Origin: Planctomycetota bacterium
Lineage (GTDB): Bacteria; Planctomycetota; UBA1135; UBA2386
Assembly: GCA_046290465.1 (NCBI GenBank)
Contig: JBKAGP010000001.1
Coordinates: 3,040,001 to 3,104,000, forward strand
DNA: 64,000 bases
Direction of reading: 5' to 3'
Position 1 is the first letter of the stretch; each line of letters begins with the position of its first letter. Shown in pieces: positions 42,263-51,573 of the stretch. A program made the translations under genes and the position numbers. The notes under the pieces were generated by a model. The model did no database searches. It was not told the origin of the DNA and worked only from the letters and a program-made list of their open reading frames with translations.

Positions 42263-42904
42263 ATGGAGACCACTGCCACCAGGATCCCGCTCGCCGCCAA
42301 GCTCGGCTTCAGCGCGTTCATGGCCGTGCTCGTGCCGACCTACTGGGTCAACTACGGGCCGACCAACTTCCTCTACTTCTGCGACGTCGCGCTGTTCTTG
42401 ACCCTGGTCGGCATGTGGACCGAGAAGGCGCTGCCGATCGGGATGGCTGCGGTCGGCATCGTGCTGCCGCAGATGCTGTGGGTCCTCGACTTCGTCTGCG
42501 AACTGTTCGGCGTGCCGCTGGTCGGCATGACCGCCTACATGTTCGAAGAGCAGAACCCGCTGTTCAATCGCAGCCTGTCGCTGTTCCACGGCTGGCTGCC
42601 GTTCCTGCTGCTGTGGCTGGTGCGCAGGACCGGCTACGACCGCCGATCGCTGCTGGCGTGGACCGCGACGGCCTGGGTGCTGATCGTGATCTGCTACCTG
42701 TGGATGCCGCCGCCGCCGGAGCCCGGCGCGATCGTCGATCCCAACCTGCCCGTCAACATCAACTACGTCTTCGGGCCGGATGGGCGCCAGACGTGGATGC
42801 CGGAGCTCGCGTGGCTCGCGGTCTGGCTGTTGGCGCAGCCACTGGTGCTGGCCGGGCCGACGCACCTGTTGTTGCGTCGGCTGGTGCGCGCGCCAGCGGA
42901 ATGA
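42263..42904 (+). CDS. Integral membrane protein
   Basis: 5-6 TM segments; YGPTNFLYFCD, LSLFH, NINYVFG. Confidence 0.8.
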   Translation: METTATRIPLAAKLGFSAFMAVLVPTYWVNYGPTNFLYFCDVALFLTLVGMWTEKALPIGMAAVGIVLPQMLWVLDFVCELFGVPLVGMTAYMFEEQNPLFNRSLSLFHGWLPFLLLWLVRRTGYDRRSLLAWTATAWVLIVICYLWMPPPPEPGAIVDPNLPVNINYVFGPDGRQTWMPELAWLAVWLLAQPLVLAGPTHLLLRRLVRAPAE

Positions 42905-42937
42905 GCGGCGCGCTGGCGCGACTGCAAGCGGTCTGGA

Positions 42938-43276
42938 CTACCAGCGGTCGCCGCGACCGCCGCCGCCACCACCGCCGTAGCCACCACGGCCACCGCCGCC
43001 ACCGCCACCGCCACCGCTGCGCGGACGACGCTCTTCGGCTTCGTTGACGCGCAGGCTGCGGCCGTCGATGTCCTGGCCGTCCATGGCCTGGATCGCGTTC
43101 TGCGCTTCCTCGTCCGAGTTCATCTCGACGAAGCCGAAGCCGCGCGAGCGGCCGGTCTCACGATCGTTGAGGATCGAGACGCTCTTCGGCGTGAAGCCGG
43201 CCTGCTCGAAGGCACCCTGCAGGATGTCTTCGGTGGTGTTCCAAGAAAGGTTTCCGACGAACAAACGAGTTCCCAT
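42938..43276 (-). CDS. RRM RNA-binding protein with Gly-rich tail
   Basis: RNP2 LFVGNL, RNP1 RGFGFVEM, LRVNEA, GGGGRGGY tail. Confidence 0.95.
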   Translation of the reverse strand: MGTRLFVGNLSWNTTEDILQGAFEQAGFTPKSVSILNDRETGRSRGFGFVEMNSDEEAQNAIQAMDGQDIDGRSLRVNEAEERRPRSGGGGGGGGGRGGYGGGGGGGRGDRW

Positions 43277-43587
43277 GTCTAACTCCGACCCTCGCGACTC
43301 GAACGGTCGGGAGCGCGACGATCGTCGCGGTTCTCGCTTCGGCTGCGAACGCCCGGCTCGACGAGAGTCGGACGACCGCGGCACCGACAAGCAGGCGATG
43401 CGGGTCAACCAGTCGATGAAGTCTCCGGAGGCGTCGACTGGGCCGCATTCCAGGCCCACACGTTAGGCGACGAACCCGCCTGACAGCCAAAAAAATCCGG
43501 GACTTGTGATGCGCCCGGCGGCCAGCTGGCGTGCCCCGGCGGGCCGGTCCGGAGGCCCGGGAGTGCCGGGCGGCGAGGCCTCAGCAG

Positions 43588-43696
43588 GTCCCGGGGCCCG
43601 GTCCCGGGGCCTGTCCCAGGAGCCCGTCCCAGGAAGTCCGTCCCAGGAGTCCGTCCCAGCAAGCCCGTCCCACGGGCCGGTTCCCGCGGCCGGTCC
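43588..43696. repeat. Degenerate 12-14-bp tandem repeat (about 8 GTCCC-anchored units)
   Basis: gtcccggggcccg/gtcccggggcct/gtcccaggagccc/gtcccaggaagtcc/gtcccaggagtcc/gtcccagcaagccc... Confidence 0.7.
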
Positions 43697-44820
43697 TACG
43701 GATTGGGCGCGGCGACCTGCGCCTGCGCCATCGCCTTGCGGATCCGGCGCAGCTGCCCCCAGCCGACCAGCTTCTTGGAGGCTTCGTCCCAGAGGCGCAG
43801 CCGCAGCGACCGGAAGCTCGACCAGAACGTCATCACCCGCACGCTCGAGAACAGCGTGTTCGACGCGTGGCAGCGCTCGAGGTTGTAGTTGGGGATGCGC
43901 GGGCTGAGGTGGTGGATGTGGTGGAAGCCGATGTTGCCGGAGAACCACTGCAGCACCTTGGGCAGCCGCAGGAACGAGCTGCCCTCGAGCGCCGCGACCG
44001 TGTAGTCCCAGTCCTCGTGGCGCTCCCAGTAGGCCTCCTCGAACTGGTGCTGCATGTAGAACAGCCAGATGCCGATCGCGCCGGCCCCCATCAGGATCGC
44101 CAGCTGCAGGACCAGGTAGGGCCCGAAGCCGAAGATCGTGCCCATCACGCACAGCATCGCGAACAGCGCCAGGTTGGTGTTGCGCACCGAGCGGCGTTCG
44201 GCGTCGCTGGCCGACGAGCGGGCAAAGCGGTGCAGCACGAAGAACATCACGAACGGGGCGACCACGAACAGCGCGAACGGGTGGCGCGCGACGCGGTAGG
44301 CGAACCGGCGCCAGCGCGACGACGCGAGGTATTCGCGCACCGTCATCGTCCAGACGTCGCCGACGCCGCGGCGGTCGAGGTCCCCGGTGGCGCCGTGATG
44401 GATCGCGTGCTCGGCCCGCCAGTGGCGGTACGGCGTGAACGTCAGCACCCCGGTCAGGCCGCCGACCAGGTCGTTGGCCCTGCGCGACGGGAAGAACGAG
44501 CCGTGCGTCGCATCGTGGAAGATGATGAAGGTGCGCACCAGCAGGCCCGAGCCGAGCACGACCAGCGGCAGCGCCAGCCACCAGCTGACGGCGATCGCGA
44601 AGTAGAGCAGCACCCACGTCGCCGCGTAGAGGGCGAGGGTCGTCACCAGCTGCCAGCCCGCCCGCCAGGAGTTCGGCCGCGTGAACTCGGCGACCAGCGG
44701 CCGCCAGTCGGAAGCGTTCCACTTCGGCAAGCCTTCGTCGCGTGTAGCATCCGACGGGGGCGAGAGGCGCGCCTTGGACCGGCTCGGGCAGGCGTCGCGG
44801 TAAGGGTTGGTTGTCGTCAT
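43696..44820 (-). CDS. Membrane fatty acid desaturase (Des-like); start approximate
   Basis: His boxes HDATH, HAIHH, HHIHH; IPNYNL. Confidence 0.92.
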   Translation of the reverse strand: MTTTNPYRDACPSRSKARLSPPSDATRDEGLPKWNASDWRPLVAEFTRPNSWRAGWQLVTTLALYAATWVLLYFAIAVSWWLALPLVVLGSGLLVRTFIIFHDATHGSFFPSRRANDLVGGLTGVLTFTPYRHWRAEHAIHHGATGDLDRRGVGDVWTMTVREYLASSRWRRFAYRVARHPFALFVVAPFVMFFVLHRFARSSASDAERRSVRNTNLALFAMLCVMGTIFGFGPYLVLQLAILMGAGAIGIWLFYMQHQFEEAYWERHEDWDYTVAALEGSSFLRLPKVLQWFSGNIGFHHIHHLSPRIPNYNLERCHASNTLFSSVRVMTFWSSFRSLRLRLWDEASKKLVGWGQLRRIRKAMAQAQVAAPNP

Positions 44821-45050
44821 ACGAAACCGTCCGCCAACCAGCAGCGCGCCGCCGACCGTCGGACGAGAGGGGTTTGGGCTACAGAACCTATCGACCACAG
44901 GGGCGGATCGGCAGAACCTTCCTCGAAAGTCGTCCGCCCCTGCACGCCGGATCTTCACGAGGCTCACACATTGCCCATCACCTCCGCCGCCAGACTGCTT
45001 GCGCGGAACCTGCGCAGAGCCGCGCCCGACCGCATCGTCAACCACCCCGC

Positions 45051-46064
45051 ATGCCGCCTTCCACGCTCGAATCCGACCTCGAGATCGACGCCCCGATCGG
45101 CCCGACCGACGGCCGCACGAGCGATCCGGAGGCGCCGGTGAGCAAGCCGTCGCGGTGGCAGCGCCTGCTCGGCCAGGAGGACCTGAACTTCCTGCTGACC
45201 AACCGCATCCCACGCCGGCTCAGCACCCGGCTGATGGGCTGGTTCAGCAAGATCCCGACCGGGCCGCTGACGCGCCTGTCGATCGCGACCTGGAAGCTGT
45301 TCGCTCCGGACCTCGATCTCAGCGAGGCGAAGAAGGCGCGCTTCCGCAGCCTGCACGACTGCTTCATCCGGGAGCTCAAGCCCGGCATGCGCCCGGTCGA
45401 CCCGCGGCCCGAGATCCTGACCAGCCCGTGCGACGCGCTGGTCGGCGCGCACGGCCGCGTCGAGGGCACCCGGGTGTTCCAGGCCAAGGGCTTTCCGTAC
45501 TCGATCCAGGACCTGCTCGGCGACGACCAATTGGTCGAGCGCTACCGCGACGGCGTGTTCGTCACGCTGCGGTTGAAGTCGAGCTTCTACCACCGCTTCC
45601 ATGCGCCGTGCGCCGGTGCGCTGAAGCGCGTGGTCTACATCAGCGGCGACACCTGGAACGTCAACCCGATCGCGCTGAAGCGGGTCGAGAACCTGTTCTG
45701 CAAGAACGAACGCGCGGTGCTCGACCTCGAACTGCCCGAGCAAGACCAGCACGTCGCGATCGTCGCGGTCGCCGCGATCCTGGTCGCCAGCATCAAGCTG
45801 CACTGCCTCGGGCCGACGCTCGATCTGCAGTACCGCGGCCCCAACCTGCTCCCCTGCGACGCCGTCTTCGACAAGGGCGACGAGCTCGGCTACTTCCAGC
45901 ACGGCTCGACGCTGATCGTGTTCGGCAGCCAGGGGTTCGAGTTCTGTGACCACATCGCCGAGGGCGCGATGGTGCGCGTCGGCCAACCGCTGATGCGCCG
46001 CCCGCGGGGCGACCGACGAGACCAACCCGAGCGACCGCTCGAAGACCCGAAGACGAAGCCATGA
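45051..46064 (+). CDS. psd: Phosphatidylserine (archaetidylserine-type) decarboxylase proenzyme
   Basis: F.RELKPG.RP, SPCD, QAKG..YS, YHRFHAP, LFCKNER, cleavage motif HGST. Confidence 0.85.
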   Translation: MPPSTLESDLEIDAPIGPTDGRTSDPEAPVSKPSRWQRLLGQEDLNFLLTNRIPRRLSTRLMGWFSKIPTGPLTRLSIATWKLFAPDLDLSEAKKARFRSLHDCFIRELKPGMRPVDPRPEILTSPCDALVGAHGRVEGTRVFQAKGFPYSIQDLLGDDQLVERYRDGVFVTLRLKSSFYHRFHAPCAGALKRVVYISGDTWNVNPIALKRVENLFCKNERAVLDLELPEQDQHVAIVAVAAILVASIKLHCLGPTLDLQYRGPNLLPCDAVFDKGDELGYFQHGSTLIVFGSQGFEFCDHIAEGAMVRVGQPLMRRPRGDRRDQPERPLEDPKTKP

Positions 46065-46732
46065 CCCAAGCCGCCGTTCAGGCCGACCGCCCGGCCACGT
46101 TCTACGAAGCGCTGCAGACCCAGCGTTGGGACGACCACCGCTTCTACCACCACAGCCGCATCAACCAGTCGCTGCACTTCGTCAGCGCGCTGAGCTTCCT
46201 GTGCGCCTACGTGTTCCTCGCGTGCGGCTGGGTCGTCACGGCCGCCGCGCTCGGCTGGGGCGTCTCGATGGTGACCCGCCAGTCGGGCCACTTCTTCTTC
46301 GAGCCGAAGACCTACGACGACGTCAACGACGTGTCGTTCCAGCACAAGGAGGACATCAAGGTCGGCTACAACCTGGTGCGCAAGTACGTGCTGATGGCCG
46401 CGTGGGCCGCGACGACCTTCGTCCCCTACTTCACGCCGACGATGTTCGGCATCTACTCGCAGCCCTACTACGCCGACGAGAGCGTGATGGTCTACGAGTA
46501 CTGCCACCGCGTCGCGTGGCTGTGGATGGCGACCGGCGCCGCCGCGATCCTGATCCGCACGACCTGGCTGTGCGTCAACGTCGAGGTGCGCCACGGCCTC
46601 GTCTGGATGACCAAGATCCTGACCGACCCGTTCCACGACGCGAAGATCTACTGGAAGGCGCCGCTCAAGCTGCTGCAGGGAGAACGGCTGGACCCGATGA
46701 CCGACTGGCCCGAGCCGACCCGCCGCGTCTGA
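46061..46732 (+). CDS. Mpo1/DUF962-like membrane protein
   Basis: YHHSRINQSLH, RQSGHFFFE; TM segments; ATGA overlap with psd. Confidence 0.6.
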   Translation: MTQAAVQADRPATFYEALQTQRWDDHRFYHHSRINQSLHFVSALSFLCAYVFLACGWVVTAAALGWGVSMVTRQSGHFFFEPKTYDDVNDVSFQHKEDIKVGYNLVRKYVLMAAWAATTFVPYFTPTMFGIYSQPYYADESVMVYEYCHRVAWLWMATGAAAILIRTTWLCVNVEVRHGLVWMTKILTDPFHDAKIYWKAPLKLLQGERLDPMTDWPEPTRRV

Positions 46733-46806
46733 TCGCGGCCGCGCCCGACCTTGCTGTCGCCATGCGACGTGTCGTCGACGAGCCTGGCGGGCTACGCTCT
46801 GCGGCG

Positions 46807-47268
46807 ATGAACATGGACAGAGAGAAGGTCATCGCCGTGCTCAACGAGATCCTCGAGATCGAGCTGGCCGGCGTCGTCCGTTACACGCACTACTCGCTGA
46901 TGATCTTCGGGCACGCGCGCATCCCGATCACCAAGTGGTTCCGGGACGTCGCGACCGAGTCCCACCAGCACGCGATCCAGGCCGGCGAATACGTCACCAG
47001 CCTCGGCGGCCACCCGTCGCTGCAGATCGGCCCGCTGCTCGAGACGCACAAGCACGACATCGACGCGATCATGGAGGAATCGATCGCGCACGAACGGGTC
47101 GGCGTGCGCAAGTACCGCGACCTGCTCGAACTGGTCGAGGGCAAGGACGTGCGGCTCGAGGAGTATGCGCGCACGATGATCATGGACGAGGAGAACCACC
47201 TCTGCGAGATCGAGAAGATGCTGCGTCGGCCGGGTGAGACGACCCCGGTCGTGATGCCGGAGAGCTAG
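46807..47268 (+). CDS. Bacterioferritin-like ferritin-fold protein
   Basis: LNEILEIELAGVVRY, ESHQHA, E..RTMIMDEENH di-iron ligands. Confidence 0.85.
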   Translation: MNMDREKVIAVLNEILEIELAGVVRYTHYSLMIFGHARIPITKWFRDVATESHQHAIQAGEYVTSLGGHPSLQIGPLLETHKHDIDAIMEESIAHERVGVRKYRDLLELVEGKDVRLEEYARTMIMDEENHLCEIEKMLRRPGETTPVVMPES

Positions 47269-47269
47269 G

Positions 47270-48115
47270 CTGTCCGCGGCCCGGACCCTGCTGCTGACGA
47301 GCCTCGCGCTGGTCGCGTTCGCCGGCAACTCCGTGCTGTGCCGGCTCGCGCTGCGTGACGGCGCGATCGATGCCTGCAGCTTCACCGCGCTGCGGCTGGT
47401 CAGCGGCGCGCTGCTGCTGGCCCCGCTGCTGCTGCCTTGCCGCAGCGAGCAACGACCACCGTGGCGGCCGGCCGCCGGCCTGGCCCTGTTCGCGTACGCG
47501 ATCGCATTCTCGCTCGCCTACGTGACGCTGCCGGCCGGCAGCGGCGCGCTGCTGCTGTTCGGCTGCGTGCAGCTGACGATGCTGGTCGCCGGCTTCGCGC
47601 GCGGCGAACGTCCGTCCGCGCTCGGCGCGACGGGCATCGTCGCCGCGATGGCCGGCGTCGTCGTGCTGGTGCTCCCCGGGGTGCAAGCACCCGATCCGCT
47701 CGGCGCCGCGCTGATGGCCGTCGCGGGAATCGCCTGGGGCGCCTACTCGCTGCTCGGCCGCGGCGCGCGCGCACCGGTGACCGCGACCGCCCGCAACTTC
47801 GCCATCGCGGCCCCGCTCGCGGCCGCCGCGATGCTGGTCGCGTCGGCGAACGCCAGCTGGAGCACGACCGGGGTGCTGCTGGCGGTGGCTTCGGGCACGA
47901 TCACCTCCGCCGTCGGCTACGTGCTGTGGTACGCCGCGCTGCCGTCGCTGACCGCGACCAACGCCGCGGTCGTGCAGCTGGCGGTGCCGGCGATCGCGGC
48001 GATCGGCGGGGCGCTGGCGCTCGACGAAGCGCTGGACCTGCGCCTGCTGTCGGCTGGCGGGCTGACGCTGGGCGGCATCGCGGTGGCGATCCTGGGCCGA
48101 CCGAAGCGCCGCTGA
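47270..48115 (+). CDS. DMT/EamA family transporter; probable CTG start
   Basis: About 10 TM segments; LALVAFAGNSVLCRLAL, FSLAY, GYVLWY, QLAVP. Confidence 0.85.
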   Translation: MSAARTLLLTSLALVAFAGNSVLCRLALRDGAIDACSFTALRLVSGALLLAPLLLPCRSEQRPPWRPAAGLALFAYAIAFSLAYVTLPAGSGALLLFGCVQLTMLVAGFARGERPSALGATGIVAAMAGVVVLVLPGVQAPDPLGAALMAVAGIAWGAYSLLGRGARAPVTATARNFAIAAPLAAAAMLVASANASWSTTGVLLAVASGTITSAVGYVLWYAALPSLTATNAAVVQLAVPAIAAIGGALALDEALDLRLLSAGGLTLGGIAVAILGRPKRR

Positions 48116-48299
48116 GCGCCCGTTCCTCGCGGAGACGGAGACGGACGTCCACGAAGCGTGCGACGCCGCCGAGCAGCGCCGCTTTCGGCCGGATGATGTG
48201 TACGCAAATCATTCGATGCCCGTGGCTTGCCCCAGACCTTCCAGAACGGCATGCGTCGAATTCCTTTGCATGCGAACCATTCGCCTACAAAGTAGGGGC

Positions 48300-48854
48300 G
48301 TGCACGAGAACGAGCCGGAAAGCATGGACCTCGAAGACCTGATCGTCGCCGCCGTTCGCCGGCTGATGCGCGCGGTCGACCTGCACAGCAGGCGCCTGGT
48401 CGACGAATACGGCCTCACCGGTCCCCAGCTCGCCACGCTGCAGACGCTGCAGCGGCGGGGCCCCACCGTCGCCAGCAACCTGGCGCGCGCGGTCCATCTG
48501 TCGGGAGCGACGATGACCGGCATCCTCAACCGACTCGAGAAGCGCGGCTTCGTCGAGCGGACCCGGGGACAGTCGGATCGGCGCACCGTGCAGGTCAGCA
48601 TCACCGCCGTCGGCGACGAGGTGCTCGCGCGCGCGCCGTCGCTGCTGCAGGACCGGTTCCGCAAGGAGCTGTCGCACCTCGAGACCTGGGAGCAGCTGAT
48701 GATGCTCGCCAACCTGCAGCGCATCGCGTCGATGATGGACGCCGAGCAGCTCGACGCCGCGCCGCACCTGGTCAGCGAGGCCGGGGCCCTCGACCAACCC
48801 ACCACCGACCTGCCGCAGCCGCCTTCGAGCCCCGAAGACCCGCGCCGCAACTGA
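48300..48854 (+). CDS. MarR family transcriptional regulator; start 48300 or 48324
   Basis: GLTGPQL, LSGATMTGILNRLEKRGFVER, DRR. Confidence 0.92.
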   Translation: MHENEPESMDLEDLIVAAVRRLMRAVDLHSRRLVDEYGLTGPQLATLQTLQRRGPTVASNLARAVHLSGATMTGILNRLEKRGFVERTRGQSDRRTVQVSITAVGDEVLARAPSLLQDRFRKELSHLETWEQLMMLANLQRIASMMDAEQLDAAPHLVSEAGALDQPTTDLPQPPSSPEDPRRN

Positions 48855-48867
48855 AACCGCACCGCTG

Positions 48868-49824
48868 ATGAAGACCAACCGGGCCAACGACGCGAAGGCC
48901 GACTTCGACTCGATCTACACGCAGCCGACGCCGCATGCGTACTTCCGCCAACTGAGCCAGCTGGACTACAGCATCTGCGACGAGATCCGCCCGTTCTGCC
49001 TCGCTGCGCTGCGATCGGTGAGCCAGGACCGGCCGATCCCCCGCATGCTCGACATCGGTTGCAGCTATGGCATCAACGCCGCGATCGTGCGTCACGGACT
49101 GTCGTTCGCGGAACTCAATCGCCTGCTCGAGATCAACCTGCCCGAACGCGAACCCGAGGCCGCCGCCGAGGCGCTGCGGCTGGCGCTGACCTTTGCCGGC
49201 CCGGGCACCAAGCTGCAGTGCGATGGCCTCGACGTGTCCAGCCCCGCGGTGCGGTTCGCGCAGAGCGCCGGCATCCTGGACCACGGCATCACCGCGGACC
49301 TGGAAGCCGAAGGCAGCTCGCTGCCGCCGCAGCACCGCGCGCGGGTGCGCGACACCGACCTGCTGCTGTCGACCGGCGCCTTCGGCTACGTCACCGAGCG
49401 CACCCTGCGCAAGCTGCTGGAGTGCCTGCCCGAGGACTCGGCGACGCGCATGATGTTCACCGTGCTGCGCGTCTTCGACGCCAACCCGATCCTGCGCACG
49501 CTGCGCGAGTTCGGCTTCGAGTCGGTGTTCGTCGACGACACCCTGCTGCCGCAGCGCCGCTTCCGCTCCGAACGCGAACAGCGCGAGATCGTCGACCTGC
49601 TGGAGCAGCAGGGACTCGACGCCACCCGCGAGCGCCGCGGCCGCCACTTCGCGCGCCTGCTGATCGCGGCGCGTCCCGCCGACCTCAACGACTACCTCGC
49701 AATCATGCAGTCGATCGCCGCGCGGCGTCCGACCCTCGCCGTCCCGATGACCGGGGGCGAGACCGAGACCCCGACCGAGACCGACGCGACCGAGGCCGAG
49801 CAGAGCGGCGACGCCGAGCGCTGA
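48868..49824 (+). CDS. Class I SAM-dependent methyltransferase-like protein
   Basis: FDSIY..PTP..YF, LDIGCSYGINAA, STGAFGYV. Confidence 0.75.
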   Translation: MKTNRANDAKADFDSIYTQPTPHAYFRQLSQLDYSICDEIRPFCLAALRSVSQDRPIPRMLDIGCSYGINAAIVRHGLSFAELNRLLEINLPEREPEAAAEALRLALTFAGPGTKLQCDGLDVSSPAVRFAQSAGILDHGITADLEAEGSSLPPQHRARVRDTDLLLSTGAFGYVTERTLRKLLECLPEDSATRMMFTVLRVFDANPILRTLREFGFESVFVDDTLLPQRRFRSEREQREIVDLLEQQGLDATRERRGRHFARLLIAARPADLNDYLAIMQSIAARRPTLAVPMTGGETETPTETDATEAEQSGDAER

Positions 49825-51573
49825 TCAGCTCGCCGCCCGTTCGCCGACCTGCATCGCCGGGGCCGGCTCGGGCTCCGGGCCACCCGGCGAGGGCCGCAGC
49901 GGCGCCGGTTGCGCCTTGCGCTTGCCCTGGAACGCCGCGGCGAGCATCTCGCGCATCACCTGCTTCTTGATCGACTTCGCGGTCAGCTCCGCCGAGGTCC
50001 ACCACCAGCCGTCGGCCATCATCGCCTCGCCGGCGCGCACGAAGCGATCGCAGAAGTCGGCGAACTCGTCGTCGCTCAGGTCGTGCGTGAAGATGAACCG
50101 GCCGGTGCCGATCCAGCTGGGCGCGACGCCCTCGAGCCGCAGGTAGTACTGAAACATCCAGCTGTAGCGCGACGGCTGCGTGAACAGCGTCGTGAAGATC
50201 GACACCATGTTGGCGACCTGCAGCGGCAGGCCGGCCTCGGCGCAGCGCCGGTCGAGCAGCCGCGCCCGACCGTCCCAGCGCGCGTCGATGCCTTCGTAGG
50301 TGGCGAGGATCTCCGGACGTTCGAGCTGCAGCAGGAACTCGTTCATCGCCGTCATCACGTACGGGTGCGAGTTGAACGTGCCCCGCGCGAAGCAGATGTC
50401 GGTCGGCGAGTCGTCGCGGAAGCGCCGCATCAGCTCGCGCTTGCCGCAGACGACGCCGACCGGCAGGCCGCCGCCGAGCGTCTTGCCGTAGGTCACCAGG
50501 TCGGCCTTGACGCCGAAGTACTCCTGCGCGCCGCCGACCGCGAGACGGAAGCCGAGGAACACCTCGTCGAAGATCAGCACGATGCCGCGCAGCGAGCAGA
50601 CCTCGCGCAGCTCCGACAGCCACGCCGTGTAGGCAGCCTTGTCGTAGCTCGCCGTGCGTTCGCCGGTGACCAGCATCGAGTCGCTCGGCGCGTTGCCGTT
50701 GGGATGCAGCGCCTGCAGCGGGTTGATCAGCACGCAGGCGATGTCCTTGCGCGTCCGCAGAACCGCGAGGGTCTGCTGCGACATGTCGTTGAGCGTGTAG
50801 ATCTCGTGCGCCGGGCGCGGGTTGCCGACGCCGGCCTGCACGCCGTCCCACCAGCCGTGGTAGGCGCCACAGAATCGCACGACGTGCGACCTGCGGGTGT
50901 GGTAGCGGGCCAGGCGCACCGCCTGCATGACGGCTTCGGTGCCCGACATGTGGAACGAGACCTCGTCGAGGCCGGAGATCCGGGCCAGGCGCCGCACGTT
51001 GTCGGCGATCACCGGGTGATACGGCCCCAGCACCGGACCGAGTTCGCGCGCGCGCTCGACGCCGCGATCGATGCAGCCCTTGTAGAAGTCGTAGCCGAAC
51101 AGGTTGGCGCCGTAGGCGCCGGTCACGTCGACGCTCCAGTTGCCGTCGAGGTCGCGCACCCGCCGGTTGTCGGTCTCGGCCACGACGCAGCCGAGCGGCA
51201 GTTCGCGGCGGACGCGGTTGCGGAACTGGAACGGCACCCGGTAGTGGTTGACGAAGCGCACGTCGGAGATGCCGTGCTCGAGCTCGTCGCTGGCGGCCAG
51301 CGTCTTCGGGGCCTTCTCGCGCAGCCGGCGCGAGATCCCGTCGAACGCCTCGCGGCGTCGCTGCACGACCTCTGCGGGGGCACCGTCGCAGGCGAAGAAC
51401 TCGTCGTCGGCGTACTCGTAGAACGGCACGAACTTCGCCACGCGCCGCGCCATCTTGGCGTGGCCGCGGAGCGACGGGTGCTTGGCTCGCGACAGCTGCA
51501 GGCGGACGACGATCTTGCGGATCAGCCAGAATGCGGCCAGCGCCGCCAACGCGTAGAGCAGGTATTCCATCAT
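49825..51573 (-). CDS. Membrane-anchored class III PLP aminotransferase (GSA-aminomutase-like fold)
   Basis: N-terminal TM helix; SGTEAVMQA, YHG, LIFDEVFLGFR, YGKTLGGGLP, GTFNSHP. Confidence 0.88.
   Translation of the reverse strand: MMEYLLYALAALAAFWLIRKIVVRLQLSRAKHPSLRGHAKMARRVAKFVPFYEYADDEFFACDGAPAEVVQRRREAFDGISRRLREKAPKTLAASDELEHGISDVRFVNHYRVPFQFRNRVRRELPLGCVVAETDNRRVRDLDGNWSVDVTGAYGANLFGYDFYKGCIDRGVERARELGPVLGPYHPVIADNVRRLARISGLDEVSFHMSGTEAVMQAVRLARYHTRRSHVVRFCGAYHGWWDGVQAGVGNPRPAHEIYTLNDMSQQTLAVLRTRKDIACVLINPLQALHPNGNAPSDSMLVTGERTASYDKAAYTAWLSELREVCSLRGIVLIFDEVFLGFRLAVGGAQEYFGVKADLVTYGKTLGGGLPVGVVCGKRELMRRFRDDSPTDICFARGTFNSHPYVMTAMNEFLLQLERPEILATYEGIDARWDGRARLLDRRCAEAGLPLQVANMVSIFTTLFTQPSRYSWMFQYYLRLEGVAPSWIGTGRFIFTHDLSDDEFADFCDRFVRAGEAMMADGWWWTSAELTAKSIKKQVMREMLAAAFQGKRKAQPAPLRPSPGGPEPEPAPAMQVGERAAS

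Noticed and set aside
42955..43020. GCC/ACC triplet repeat
   Set aside because: Encodes the Gly-rich tail of the RRM protein.
43588..43696. CRISPR array
   Set aside because: Units are 12-14 bp, contiguous, without unique spacers; no cas genes in the window.
49825..51573. hemL gene symbol
   Set aside because: TM anchor, extra length and lipid-gene context do not fit canonical HemL.
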